DNA of 64,000 nucleotides from Callorhinchus milii (GCF_018977255.1 NW_024704757.1:9982001-10046000); one strand, 5' to 3'. Positions 11,997-24,960 are shown, numbered from the stretch's first letter. Numbers and translations are program-made. Notes: generated by a model from the letters alone, not told the origin.

Positions 11997-12215
11997 TTTA
12001 GTTGTGGCAACCCATCACCGTGCTTAAGAGTATCCAAACCAGACTAAGAACTCTCCATACACGTATGGAGATTTTCCTTTGTCTGGAAAGGTAGAGATTC
12101 ACTTTGTTTACCTAATTCCAAGTATTCAGCCTCCGTTTGGTGAGGATCGTGGTTTGGGGCCACAGAGTGTGCATTGGGGGGTACTTCTGGAGTTTAACCA
12201 GCAAAATCCTTCTGC
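11997..12215 (-). repeat. Unclassified repeat family X, copy 2 (inverted)
   Basis: 12004-12038 is the reverse complement of 11467-11501 at 33/35; similarity continues through ttacctaattcc and tttggggccacagagtgtgcattgggg. Confidence 0.8.
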
Positions 12216-13060
12216 TGTATGCAATACTCTAGGTGTGGGTGAACCAGAGCACTCTACCTCTTATATAATGTACCTCTAAAGAGTTCTGTCGGACACTGAC
12301 AAACCTTTAATTCATCTGTTTGATTTTTGTATTCCATCCTCCAATTCTGAAGATGAATAGAACTCTTTACATCCCGATATTAGTACAATAGGTAATGTAG
12401 GGGGAGCCGCAAATGCTGTGGTCTGCCTGCTCAATGGATGCAAAAAGCCACAATGATCCATTCTATGCCTTTAATAAGATTTGGGAAGGGAAGCCTTGAA
12501 GTCTGGATATATGCCCGTACTATATACCTCTAACTACATTTCACCGACTCTCATGATGCAAACCATTATGCATTGCGCCCAAAGACTGAGCAGTACAAGC
12601 TGTGTTTCCACAAGAGGACAATTCCAAGATGTAAATCATAACTGCAGCATCATTATGTCCACTTGTGGCTCTCATAACATCATAATTCTGTTTGAGGAAT
12701 GCAGCATAATTTACAAGGCCAGTAAAACTCACAACTGTTCACCAGAGCTATGTTGCTTTATTATCACCTCCCTGTTCCATCCATTTAAATAGGCTGTTCC
12801 AAAGACCACACAAACATCAGGCCGGCAACATTTATCAGCAGCAAGGCCATGCTCTAACTTTTGAACTTGTGCAGCTGCTGTCTAATTCCTTGTTTTGGGG
12901 AGGTTGGTTAGGTGTGGGGGAGGGGAAGAGATTGAGGAAGGTGTCTCAAGCTGCTGAAGATGTATAATTTCACTGGTCACCCCTGGAGAGAGGTGTGTGG
13001 AGGGCTTGGCAGACATGAGAGTGCCATAGCAAATGAGTGACATGTAGGTTTGGCACAAAA

Positions 13061-13190
13061 GATTAGCACGCTGGCTTTTTTGCCTCTTTTTCCTGGATTT
13101 GAATCCAATCCAGACTAAAAAGATGGAAGTCTCCATTCCCTGCTGGCTGTAAATGTTCTGTGTGAAACTGAAATGTCTTGGGACAGTTTC
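13061..13190 (+). mobile_element. LF-SINE-like fragment
   Basis: cctggatttgaatccaatccagact...gaagtctccattccctgctggctgtaaatgttctgtgtgaaa parallels the LF-SINE 5' region. Confidence 0.45.
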
Positions 13191-13399
13191 AAATAGTCCA
13201 TTTAAATTCGGTTTATAATTTGCCTTTCATGGTGTAATTGAGGAGGCTCTACATTGCACTTGTATTTCACTGGGTCTATTATTATGAACATGTAATTAAA
13301 ATGTCTGGGCTCTTGCTATGTCCTTGTGACATACGAGGCACAAAATCAAATGCTGAGTTGCATTTATGGTATTAGACTAAGTTGAATGAACTTTTTCTA

Positions 13400-13720
13400 A
13401 CCCTGTGTAGATCATTGATGAAGCAACATTTGGAATACTGTGTACAGTTCTGGGCTCTGTACTTTCAGAAGGACATTGAAGTATTGCAGATGGTTTGAAG
13501 AAGAGCAACAAGATAATTCTGGGACACCAAGCTCTATATTACAAGAAAAGGCTCACAGAACTGAATGTGTCTCAATACAAAAAAAAAGATTGCGAGGAGC
13601 TATGTTAAGGTCTTTAAGATAGATGATGTAAGCAGACAGCTTGACTTAGACCATGAGGGCACAACTTGAGGGGTATAGGTTTAAAACTAACAACCATAAA
13701 TGGAAATATAGATTAGTTGA
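13400..13720 (+). mobile_element. CR1 LINE ORF2 fragment (pseudogenised)
   Basis: catttggaatactgtgtacagttctgggct encodes HLEYCVQFWA, a CR1 ORF2 motif. Confidence 0.85.
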
Positions 13721-15747
13721 ATATCCCCCCCCCCACCCATACACACACAGACAGATTTGTGGATAGGAAGGAGCAGCTGATGTTGCATTGACTAACTTCT
13801 TAAAAACATTGGATTCAAATCTGCTTCACAACACACAGATTGGTGCAAATTGAGATCTACAGGACATAATGATTCTTGGAATGCTGTCTGGGGAGGAAAC
13901 AAGTTCTTGCTTGTAATTTCACATTGGGGCTCAAGGAATACACAGGAGAAGGGAAATTATTTGGGAGTGATTATTGTTCATTTGGTGAAAATCCCGAGTT
14001 AATGTGAATTTAGCATCATCGGGTTTCTCTTTTACGCATTTTTCCAAGAGAGGTACATGGCATGTGTGAACCAGGGGAAGAGGGAGGTGTCTCACCTTTA
14101 GGTAAAACAAATCATAAATTGTAACTTGCTTCCAGTGATCATAGTGAAAAGTGCTGGGTTCGTCAGTCTCTCCTTATAGATCTGCCCCCCTAAATTCCGG
14201 AATTAATCTAATAATCTCCAGTTGACATTTAGAGAATTTATTCAACACTTGGTTACTGTGCAGACAGAATCGTTTCCTAACTGCTTTGAACCCACTCTGA
14301 TCAAAGATGATCCTAACACCCTGTAACGTGAAAGAATAAACCCTGTGTGTTTATTTCAGATTGTTTCCATGACACCGGTAATATTGATCTCTATGGCCCC
14401 ACTTTTGGTTCACAGATGCTTTCCTCCTCACATTGGTTGCAGTGTCTGATTTTTCATTTTTTCTTGGCAGTCCGCCAAGGTTCGTTTCCAACTATTCGTC
14501 CACTTGACATCAATGAAATGTCTCCTTATGAGAGCGAATGTCAGCTATTGACATCTTGTAAATGTGATCAGTTTACCTCTTTGTGTGTGTGTGAGAGAGA
14601 GAGTGAAATATCCTAGGGGAATTTCAATAAATCAACATTATTGCCTTTTCCTGTAGAAGTTGCGTAACTCGCATACTCTTGCCTCGCCCACTGCAACCCC
14701 CCCCCCCCCCCCCCACCGCCCATTATCAGGTCTTCAAGTCTGTTGAGGTTGGTACTCTAGTCAACCTTGACTTTACCACAGGGTTTGGAAGCCTAATACT
14801 AATACTGTTTAGTGCCTTTCACATTGGGAGGACATCTCAAAGTGCTTCACAGGATTTCATGTAAAGTGTAGTAATCGTATTTGTAGGCAATTTTGATAGT
14901 CAATTTCCTCACAGCAAATGCCCCCACAAGGCCATGAAGTGAGTGATCAATTCTATCTGGGGCAGCAATCTCATTGAGGCAGGTTATATTCCCCCACTGG
15001 AGAATTTACAAGTGGAAAGTCCTCGTCTGCATTTTGAAAAGTAATTAACACAGGCAATTAAGGAGAAAATTATGAATAAACCAGGAAATATTGCCTCCAA
15101 TAAATTAGTAATTGACATGTAATGCGTCTTTTTTTACAGGAGTGGTGGGTTTTACAGACGTACAGTCAGTACACTGGAATTTATAGAGCAAAAACACACA
15201 CACACACCATCTAGACACTATCCATGTGCATTTCATAAAGACATGAAATTGAACTTAATCTTCTAAAGGGTGGCTTGATGGATTCTGTTTCAAACCAAGT
15301 GTTTTCATGAATCTCCATGATTAGAGAATAGAGCAAACTATCCGTGCATGCTGCCTGTACAACTACACAGCGGAGTACTTGGATGCTATGATTATCCCAG
15401 GCCTCATTGTGCTTCATTTCCTCAGCTACAATTTTCCTGGAAGTGTGCCCATAGAATCCTAAAATATAGCTCCTCCTCTTCCTTCTCCGTTAATGGCTGC
15501 TTACTGTCCACTCGGCCACGCACTGATGGACAATCGGTCTTGCCGGGGGTGACTGACAGCTCCGTCTTTTAGCCTTGGCCAAATACCGCTTTAAAATGGA
15601 CATCTATTTTCTCTCTCTACTGTTCAAGTGTTATAATGATGCAGCTATGGTCATTGCACCTCTGAACGTTTCTCTCCTGGTCCTTCTAAACTTTCCAAAT
15701 TTTCTACCTTTTCTTCCACCTGTATCTCATCTTCTCTCCTGCTCCAA

Positions 15748-15998
15748 GTGTCAGCTTTGCTTAGTTGGTAGCAACTCTTGCCTCTGGATTATAATAACGC
15801 TGGTTGATGCCCTGACATGAGCTTGTAGTCCATGTTGCCACTCCAGTTGTTATTCACTTCATTGCTGCGTGCAAATTGGCTCCGGCCTTTGCCTACAATT
15901 ACACAGTTACTACACAGTTGCTACACTTGACACCAATTACCTGTGAAACATTTTGAGACCTTTAGTGTTATAGGCTGTATATGAAATCCAAGGATTAT
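15748..15998 (+). mobile_element. Deu-type SINE, internally deleted
   Basis: Head gtgtcagctttgcttagttggtagcaactcttgcctctg; tail attgctgcgtgcaaattggct...aaggattatt. Confidence 0.6.
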
Positions 15999-17084
15999 TT
16001 TAGTATAATGGTTCCACAGCATTTAGAGACTTTCTCTGACCTACCTCACCCAGTTGTTGTTGTTCATGTGTGTGGCTGGATAGTGAGTGGAGGTATTTGA
16101 CCAGGAGGGGACACCTCACCATCAATACACAGCAGGTCAAAAAGGAAAGCTTGGCAGCTCTACAAATTTCAGATCTTCCACATCTTGAGTTCCTGAAAAA
16201 AGAATGGGTAAAAGTAGGGTGATATCCCCTCGCATTTAATACATGCTACCCCGCATGAAGGACACTATATAAATACAAGTCATTGTTGTTGTAATGTAAC
16301 CATTCTGTACCCTCCCTTTTAGACCATTTGCTTGTGGTTAGGTGGCAATAGGTTGACTTTCCCAATCCAGCACATTAACTCCTAAAAATCAAAACTGATT
16401 AACCCCAAAGTCTTGCAGTCTGCATAGAAACGGATGCTGCAATCATTCCGTATTAACTATTTAAGTTGCATATCCTGACCAGTTTAGTGTTACCCTCACA
16501 GGGTTCCTGCAATCTTTTTCTGCCATTTTGTAATTCAGCCTAAGTAGGGAAATCAGTGATCTGTGTCTACGCTGTGACTAGGTCTGGCCTGGAAGAGCGC
16601 ATCAATATGGCTTAGTCTCCCTGTAGTTGGTTCTGCTTCCCCCTCTCACTTTAATGAACAGTTTGTTTGCCAATCCCACTGACACAGCACATTGACCCAG
16701 CACGCTTATTACTGTTCTCCTGCTAATTCGAGCAGACAATATTCCTTTACTGTCGGCCAAATTTGACTATGATTCAAAGTCATACGAAGAAAATCAAATC
16801 AAAGCTGCACGGCATTCCTTTTCAAAATGTTCCAACATTCCTCAAATTCCTTGCACTTTCATTACATTTCATATTGTACACTACAGAGAAACTTAACAGT
16901 TTCCAGGCTTGTCTGATATCTGCAGAACAGCTGTACTTTATATTATGTCTAGGTATAAGGTTTAACTATAGTAATTGGGATTTTTGTTCTGCCTCTTTCT
17001 CTACCCCTTCCCACTCCGTTCCCTCCGTAATGGATTGAGTAAAGACTGAAATTGGACTTGTTTTAAGTCCAGGGTCTATGTTGA

Positions 17085-17215
17085 CACTGTGCCATGCTCT
17101 GATGAGGCCCTACCTTGAGTACTGTGTCCAGTTCTAGGCACCCTACTTAGATTAGCATGTGCAGACACTGAAGATGGTGCACCAGAAGGGCCACCAAGCT
17201 TATTCAGGTCTGTCT
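17085..17215 (+). mobile_element. CR1 LINE ORF2 fragment
   Basis: aggccctaccttgagtactgtgtccagttctaggcaccc encodes RPYLEYCVQF*AP, with an in-frame stop. Confidence 0.8.
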
Positions 17216-17547
17216 CAGCACGAGAAAATATTAACAACAGTTCAAGTCTGTTCCTTCCTCACTCCGTGCAAAACTTACTCTATTGTGGACTCCATTCCTA
17301 CCCATTTCACTTACTTTTGGAAGGTTCCCTTTGATATTCCCTGATTCCCCTTTTACTCATAATATTCCCACTAGAATAGAGAAAATTAGCAATGCTAGAA
17401 AGCTTTCCCTAGAGTGAAACAGCTTCACGCGAGCGGGCTCTTACCTCCTCCTGCACTTGGCCAGTAATACATCCTACAGGGAGGAACCAGTGATTTTATT
17501 GGGAGCAGCAGCTTTGGACAGACATTCTATTCCGAGAAAATTTACTG

Positions 17548-18055
17548 CAACAATTTGCATTTATATAGTGCCCTTCACATGGATAAGGTGTTGAAGTGCT
17601 TTACAAAGATAGTATTGAATGACAAGAAGGAGAGGGGAAAGGGGGAGATGACCATACACACAGTCAAAGAGAGAGGATTTAATATGGGATTTGAAGATCA
17701 GTTGTCAGGCCAGATGGAAGGGGGGAGAGAGAGAATTTCAGAGGTTAGAAGCATAGTATCTAAAGGCTCAATTACTGATTGTGTCAGAGAGGAGGCGGGG
17801 AATGTGTGGCAAGGTCATGTCAGTCAAGAAGAGGAGGAGAGTAGAGCACTGGGAAAAACAAATCAGAGATTGGGAGATGCTGGGACATGAAGGGCTGATG
17901 GTGAGGAACTTGAAATCTATCCTCAATGAGAGGGTGGAGGCTGGCAAGGACTAGAGAGTTTGGTGCAAGTGAAGATGCAAGCGGTAGCATTTTAAATCAT
18001 CTGGATCTTGTGGATGGTTCAGCTAGGGAGGTGAAGCGAGAAGTGCATTTGAAGG
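17548..18055 (-). mobile_element. Old L2 LINE 3' fragment
   Basis: caacaatttgcatttatatagtgcccttcac tail followed by a purine-rich L2 antisense body. Confidence 0.6.
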
Positions 18056-18226
18056 TAAGTGGATCCCTTTAGGGCTGAGTTGGCTCCAATGGAAGATTGG
18101 AATAGAATCTCAGTAGTCCAGTTTTTGAGGCAGATCCACAGTACTCCAGGGTACTTTTGAAGATTGATTTGTAGTCTTAATCAGAACTTGAAGAAGCAAA
18201 CTAATCTCTAGGGGAAGGCATTCCTC

Positions 18227-18580
18227 CCACTCAGCCTTTGTTAACTCTACAAACCAAATCCCCAATAAGTAGGGTGGACCTAGATGACGAGTAACGAGAA
18301 GGTTGCCAGTGTTTGTAATGGCAAGCTGAATGGATTTAACTTAACTCAAGTGGCACTTGATCCCGAAGCTTGCCTTTTGCCAAACTGTACCTAAACTCTG
18401 AGGGATTAGGTGAATTAGGGTGTGTGTTCCTCTAAGGAGAGAGTGCGCACTACATACCGGACAAACAGAAATCATCCATGTGTGGAATTCTTAGTAGTTT
18501 GGTTTGGAGGCTGTTAAAGAATGGTAATGGTTTGGGGTTTCCCTGTGTGTCAGAATCAAGGTTGATTTAAAAAAAATAAA
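18227..18580 (+). repeat. Unclassified repeat family X, copy 3 (A-tailed)
   Basis: Colinear homology with 11171-11534. Confidence 0.8.
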
Positions 18581-21386
18581 AGAATTTCAGAACTTATTTT
18601 TCGCTGTTCTTTAGTGAAATGCATTGTGAACACATTGAATTTCTCTCTAGATTTCAGGTCCCCTGCACTGTGGTACATTGTTAATCACAGACCTGCACAG
18701 AGCATGGATCAGCAACTGAACTAAAGTACAAACCTTCTAAACTCTCCTCTCTCGGCTGCCTGTGCAGTATTTTCATCTTGTACCTCTGCTGGGCTTGGTG
18801 CCAGCCTCTCTTCGCTGTTCCGCAGCCCATTTTTACCTTTGCTAACCTTTGCGTTTGCTGCCAGTCCATTTATTTTTCTTTCCTTCCTCCCTGTTGTAAC
18901 ACAATATGTTCCTAATAAAGAATTTCACGTCCCCCACCCCATTCCAAGTGTCAGCAGCTCTTCACCTTTAATTTGTTAAATTTGCCCAAATTTGTTATGT
19001 TAAAGCTCATTCGTGTACACATGTGGGTCAGCGGAGGTTTGTCTCGCTGCTGATATTAACAGTATGCTTGCTGGCTGCCCTGCACAGCATACCATCATCC
19101 TGTTGGGTCCACGGCTATTTTTCCACATCTGTACGAGGAGTATGAGGGATGGAAGAGTGGAATATTTATTTATTTTTTACTTTGGGACCAGCCAGATGGA
19201 CCACAGAGGTCTTTTCTGACCCTGTACATTCCTATGTTCTTATGTCTGCTTACAAATCTCCCCTTCAATTTCCCCCGTTTGTCTCCTGAAAGCTGGATGC
19301 CCTGATACCTCGCTCCCTGTGGGCAATCTTCACACATGAGTCCAACACTGAAGCTATTGAAGAATGGAAGGCTATCACAGCTGAGTTTGATTCTGTCCTC
19401 CCTTGACGTCTAAACACATCCACTTTCCAACAAGAGTCACTCGATTGGAATCCAGAATAGAATCCCTGAATGTTTTTCCCCTTTCCTAGCCCACGAGTGC
19501 TGAGGTCATTGTAGCACCCCATACTTGTGGTCAAATAACTCAACATTATACTTACCAACTGAGCCATCAGGGAGCTTTCTGTGTGCTCTATTATTTCACG
19601 GTTTGGGGTCTGCATATATAATACACCCAGGGTCCCATTAACTTTGCATCTCTAGCTTGTTAGTTCAATTTATGCAATCTAATCTCCCCAAAGTTGGAAC
19701 TAAACTGTCTCTGAGGAGACACACAAAGCAAGGCATGTCTGCAGTAATCCACATAATCATTAAGGTGTCGATGTATCCTCGTCCCCTCGACAGCAATGAG
19801 TAGGGCAGTCCTATCGGGACAAGTGTCCACTTTCTTCATCCATGTTCTATCTTTGAGAGTAATGGGTTAGTTTTAAGAATTGAAGTAGCAAAGCAAAAGA
19901 AAAGAGACAAAATGAGGAGAGAGAGGAGCTTGGAAGAGTTATATTGAGAGAGAAAGAGAAAAGAAAGTTTAAAGGTACTTAAAGAGATGCTGGGTAATCA
20001 CTTACACTCTGGAACACTGACCTCTCTGTCTGCTCTGTGCTTTGAGTTCCACCATCTGTCTTTAGAGAGTTTATTTAGACAAGTCTGCGATCTCTCGCGA
20101 GTGTCTGGCTTGCTCTCAAATCTGTGGCCTGATAGGATTGCAACCAGGCAATGGGGTGGAGGCTTGTGGTGTTTAACTTATGTATTCATCTGCTTTTCTG
20201 ATCAACGACCTGCACCTTCAGTTTTGTCCCTGTTCTATTCCTTATCTGGGCTCCTTTGAGAGGTTGGCCATAACTCTGGAAATATCCATTGGATCAGCTG
20301 CTGAAACATAAGCAGTACCCCTTCTTCAAGATGTCTTATTTGGAGTGGAAGTGAAGGGTTAATGTGGTAACGTTCCACAGCAAATGGTCTTCCAAGTGGC
20401 CAGACCTTGGAATTTGCTGTGTTTGTGTAGGATCGGGTGAATGGTAAAATAAACCGTGCAGAAATTGGGAAAGAATAACAAATGTGCTGATTCAAGGTTG
20501 TCGGGCATCAGTGATGGGGTTTTCTCTCCTGGTGGATCTGTTACACCGTCAGTTTCATGTTCAGAAACTTAACCAGGATGACTGCACCCAATACTTTGGG
20601 GGTGAACCTCCAGGGCGAGGAAAGATAAGCTGGGTAACACCAATCTTTTGGATGATCCAAGAGATGAGGACAGTGTTGGCACTTAAACTGTTTTTGGATA
20701 GTTCAACCTCAATTCATTGTGATTAGAAATCGAGCTGTGGTAAGGATAAAAGGGTATTCAGTAATTGTAATTACATTTACAACTCTTTTCAGACTTAGTA
20801 ACTCTTTCTAGCCCAGCGCTCTGTTACTATCCATATCCTTACTGCTGTCAATTGAGTCCCATACACAATTAGGATTAATAACTTGGCAGCCAACACCTTG
20901 TATTACCTACTGTACCTCCGAGGTACCATGTTAATGACATTCTCTACTGCTTAATGGGGGTGTGGGGGTTCTGGAAGGATGAGATCAGATGGGCCGAAGG
21001 GCCTTCTTCATCCAAATCAATCTTGTGATTGAAAGATTGCTCTGCTTTGTTCTCGCACATATGGAGCGTTGAGCAATGTACTGCTGGTATCTACTGGGTA
21101 GAGTGCAATGAAACATTAATAAAATAATTAAAATAACATGAACAAAGAACGTGTTAGTGTGTGATGGTCAGAATATTGCCCTGGGTGCAAGCTGTGAAAT
21201 AATTTATATAAAAAAAATTCTACCACTACCTGCCAATCATTCTTCTCGTCTGAAATAGCTGACTCTCGTGGACTATCCTAAACAGCTTTCATTTTGAGGT
21301 CAGGTACAGCAAGTGTACAGAGTAATTCTCCTTCTACATTGTCCCATCCAGCGCTCCCAGGATCACAGGTTATATACAGGGTAAAC

Positions 21387-21687
21387 AATAACAATAATCC
21401 TTGCTTTTGATACACTGCCTTATCATTTCATTGAGATGTCTCAAAGTGTTCAACAGGATATTCTCTCTAGTGGATCGACTGTATTTTGTGTGGAAAAAAA
21501 TCACTACTGCCAAATAAATACAGCATTGTCACACAAACTGTCATGGATCGAAGTAACCAATTGATTATTTTTTTGAGGGATTACTATCAGGCGTGTGGAG
21601 TAAGGAAACTTGTCCACTGTTTTGCCCTGCCGGGAATCAACTTTCACTTGCGAGGCGAGTGCTCTAACCACTGAGCTACCAGACTCT
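21387..21687 (-). mobile_element. tRNA-headed (ATT)n SINE, central-deletion form with older tail
   Basis: Head gagtgctctaaccactgagctac; ggcgtgtggagtaaggaaacttg; tail ttgagatgtctcaaag. Confidence 0.85.
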
Positions 21688-21691
21688 GAAC

Positions 21692-21920
21692 TACATAGAA
21701 TTACATAGAATATACAGCACAGAAACAGGCCATTCAGCCCAACTGGTCTATGCTGACATTTATGCTCCAGATGAGCCTCTTCCTGCCCTTCCTCAACTAA
21801 GCCTATCAGCATAACCTTTTATTCTTTTCTCCCTCGTGTACTTACATAGCTTCCCCTTAAATGCATCTATGCTATTCGCCTCAACTACTACTTGTGATAG
21901 CAAGTTCCACATTCCCACCA
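21692..21920 (-). mobile_element. CR1 LINE 3' end
   Basis: acatagaattacatagaatatacagcacagaaacaggccattcagccc is the antisense CR1 terminal repeat and stem; also ttccccttaaatgcatctatgctatt. Confidence 0.8.
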
Positions 21921-21969
21921 TTCAGTCAGTCAATCAGGCTTCAGTGTTGCAATGAATTTAGTTGGAGTT

Positions 21970-22298
21970 ATAATAATAATATAATAATAATAATCCTTGC
22001 ATTTGATATAGCGCTTTTCACGTCGGGAGGACGTCCCAAAGCGCTTCACAGAACACACTGTAAAGTGAATTGACTGTATATTTGTGGGCGAACGCGGCAG
22101 CCAATTGCGCACAGCAATGTCCCACAAACAGTCGTAGATTGAAAATGACCAGTTTAATTATTGTTTTTAGTTTTGGAGGGATTATTGTTAGGCGTGTGGA
22201 GTAAGGAAACTTGCCCAAGGTTTCGCCCTCTGCCTGGAATTGAACTCAGGTCTCTCACTTGCAAAGCGAGTGCTCTAACCACTGAGCTATAGGACTCC
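21970..22298 (-). mobile_element. Full-length young tRNA(Ala)-derived SINE
   Basis: A box tagctcagtgg, B box gagttcaattcc, (ATT)n tail; nearly identical to 60861-61186. Confidence 0.92.
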
Positions 22299-22441
22299 AC
22301 AGTTGGTGGTTCTGCATCTCTGAATTGCATTCCTTCCACCATGTCATTGCCAAAGCAGACCTGAGAGTGATTGAGGATTTCATCTTTGCCCTTGTGTTCC
22401 CTTCAAAGCTGCGCATTACAGAATTTCCTTTGTTTTCACAG

Positions 22442-22495
22442 AGATCCCAGCTGTACCACCGACGTCTATGGTGAGCAGTACAGAAGAGCCTGCAG
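22442..22495 (+). CDS. NTN3: Netrin 54-nt linker exon (missed by the ORF track)
   Basis: Acceptor ttgttttcacag, donor gtgagt; 54 nt, phase 1-1. Translates (K)IPAVPPTSMVSSTEEPA(D), in frame with both neighbours and matching the V-C linker of netrin-1/-3. Confidence 0.92.
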
Positions 22496-22969
22496 GTGAG
22501 TGAGCCTCTGAACCCATTACCGTAACAAATGCAATTAAACTAAGATGATTCTTTACCCTTAAATATGTGCTTCCTCAGATCCTGGTTCTTTGGTTAGAAG
22601 TATTGATACTGAATTATATTGTTCAACTTGGAGTCCTTGAAATGGATTCAAACAACACCAGTTCTCAAGCACCTTGAGGATTTTGTATGATTCTGCCTTG
22701 TTTTTAATCTTCTACACTTCAATATCACGTGGCTTCTGACCCAATCCAAGCCAGACTGATACAGAAATGTTCTCTAATGGTTATAATGGTCCTATATAAA
22801 TTAAACTTTAATGGCCATGGGCAATTAATTTGCTTCGAAAATGGCAATCTGACTTCAAGCTGACAAAATGGCTAATGTAGGGAATGAATGATACCATAGC
22901 TCTCCTGAGCTTTACTCTACCTAGCTATACTGAGAATGGGATCAGCGCAAATAACTGGGTAGAGAGTTA

Positions 22970-23070
22970 TAACAACAACAACAACAAGATTCCATTTATA
23001 GAGCGCCTTTCACGTCGGGAGGACGTCCCAAGGCGCTGTACAGTTGGGTCAGGACCCGAGCAGGGGGGAA
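22970..23070 (-). mobile_element. Young, extremely 5'-truncated L2 3' end with (GTT)n tail
   Basis: (aac)5 aagattccatttatagagcgcctttcacgtcgggaggacgtcccaaggcgctg; CpGs intact. Confidence 0.8.
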
Positions 23071-24629
23071 ATGGTCATAACCTTTGGTCTGCATCTGTTC
23101 AATAACCTGGATACGTTCCATGGAGACACCAAGACCTTGAACTGTTGAACTGTTTCATTCTCAGCCTCCGCGCCCTCTCACCCTCCCCATTCCACGAGCA
23201 AAAACATTTACCCCCCCCCCCAAATTACATCTATTTTATGGTCTTACGAATTTCACTTCAAAGCCACGGATGGCCCAGTTTTCCTCAGAACTTTGTGAAA
23301 GACTCCAAGGCTTTTTTCTTTGATTTGTTGTACTTTTTTTTAAGATTCTGAACTCTGACCAAATCTCACGTGAGGCATGACAGAGGTATTTCATACAATC
23401 TCCCAGTGCTTTATTCTAATTTAAAACAATAGTGTTGAAATCTCGCTGGGGGTAGGGAAACATAACCGTTGAGAGAACAGCTGAGACAATGTTATATTTA
23501 ACATGGTGAGGGAGCAAGTCAACAGTCCTGGTGTCAGTCTGCATGTGCTCGAGCTGAACCCTGGCGTGGCTAGTTTATTTTTGTTTGCATTAGAAAATCA
23601 ATTGGTTACAATTCCAGGCTGACCACTGACAGCGTGGCAACATTCAGTCATTGAGAAGGCAATCCAAAAAGGTTTCCCGGTGTAAGGGACACGGCAGCTG
23701 GGAAGGTTAGCTCCTTCCTATCCACAGGTTATCAATTTGCTTTCAGAGCATATGTAGTGGGACATACTGAGAGATACTGGAAGAGGGGCATCAGAATGTG
23801 TAGGACCAGAAAAAAAAATACGGACTATTTTCAAATCCCATTACTCCCAATTTCCCATACACCGCAATCCTTTTAGCCATCAAAATTAATCCAATTCCCT
23901 ATCAAAACTGTCTCTAGACTATTCAACCTATTTTGTCTGTAAAACAATTTCCCAAAGTGTTGAAAGTGAAGCACATTCTGTTGAATCACATATTATGAAG
24001 GGTGGTGCTGTGCATTCCCCCATTCATGACTTGATACTCCAGATAAATTGTCTACTGCCACACTGCCTAGAAGAGGTAAAGGCAGGATAAAGAACGGAGA
24101 TGCAGATAATTTTAAGACTTTAAAGGATCATGGAATATTTACACAGAACTGTTCTTGAGGAGGTTGAATAGCATGCACCTGGCACAGGCAGGCGTCATGG
24201 CTTTAACTTTCCAGTGTAAAGAAATGAAAGGCTAAGTACAAAATGTTTATTATCAGTACGTGAAGGAATGGCGACATCTTTTACACTGAAGTGCGCAGAG
24301 TGGGAGATGCACTGATCCATTAATTATACAGGATTTTTTATAAGATTTTCTTTACAACTTTTCTACATCAACTAAGTCTTTACAATACTTAGTTGAGGTA
24401 GAATACAATAGAACGTACTTCACCTTGAATTAGCGCTGTACTGCAATACAAAGATTTATACATGCATTAATCAACTTGGTTGACAACAACAAATTACATT
24501 TAAACAGTGCGTTTCACGTCGAGGACATCTTAAAGCAATTCACAGAACTGAATGAGCCCAAGTGGCAGGGTTGCGGGAGACCACTGAGATATGGTGGGGC
24601 AAAAAGACTCGTCAGAGAAACTGTCGCAT

Positions 24630-24960
24630 AAAATAATAAACCTTGCATTTGATAGAGTGCTTTATCATGTCATTGAGACATTTCAAAGTGGTTCAGACAA
24701 TATATACAATATATTGTCCAGTGTGTTTTGTGGACGAAACATCACAGACAATTGCGCACAACAGTGTTTCACAAACAGTCGTGGATTGAGTGACCAATTC
24801 CTTCTTTTTTTGGGGGGGGCGAAGGATTATTACCCCTGGAAAGCGATCCACTAATAGACTAACAACCGGGTTCCTGCTTACTGCTAGGTAAAAGTGGCGT
24901 GTGGAGTTAGGAAACGTAAGGTTTCGCCCCGCGTGGGAATCAAACCTGGGTCCTCTCTAT
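24630..24960 (-). mobile_element. tRNA-headed SINE, older form with central segment
   Basis: Tail ccttgcatttgatagagtgc; central caaccgggttcctgcttactgctaggtaaa; head gggaatcaaacctgggtcctc. Confidence 0.85.

Noticed and set aside
22471-22476. Internal alternative donor gtgagc in the 54-nt exon
   Set aside because: Its use would shift the frame, and the downstream gtgagt donor gives the conserved exon length.
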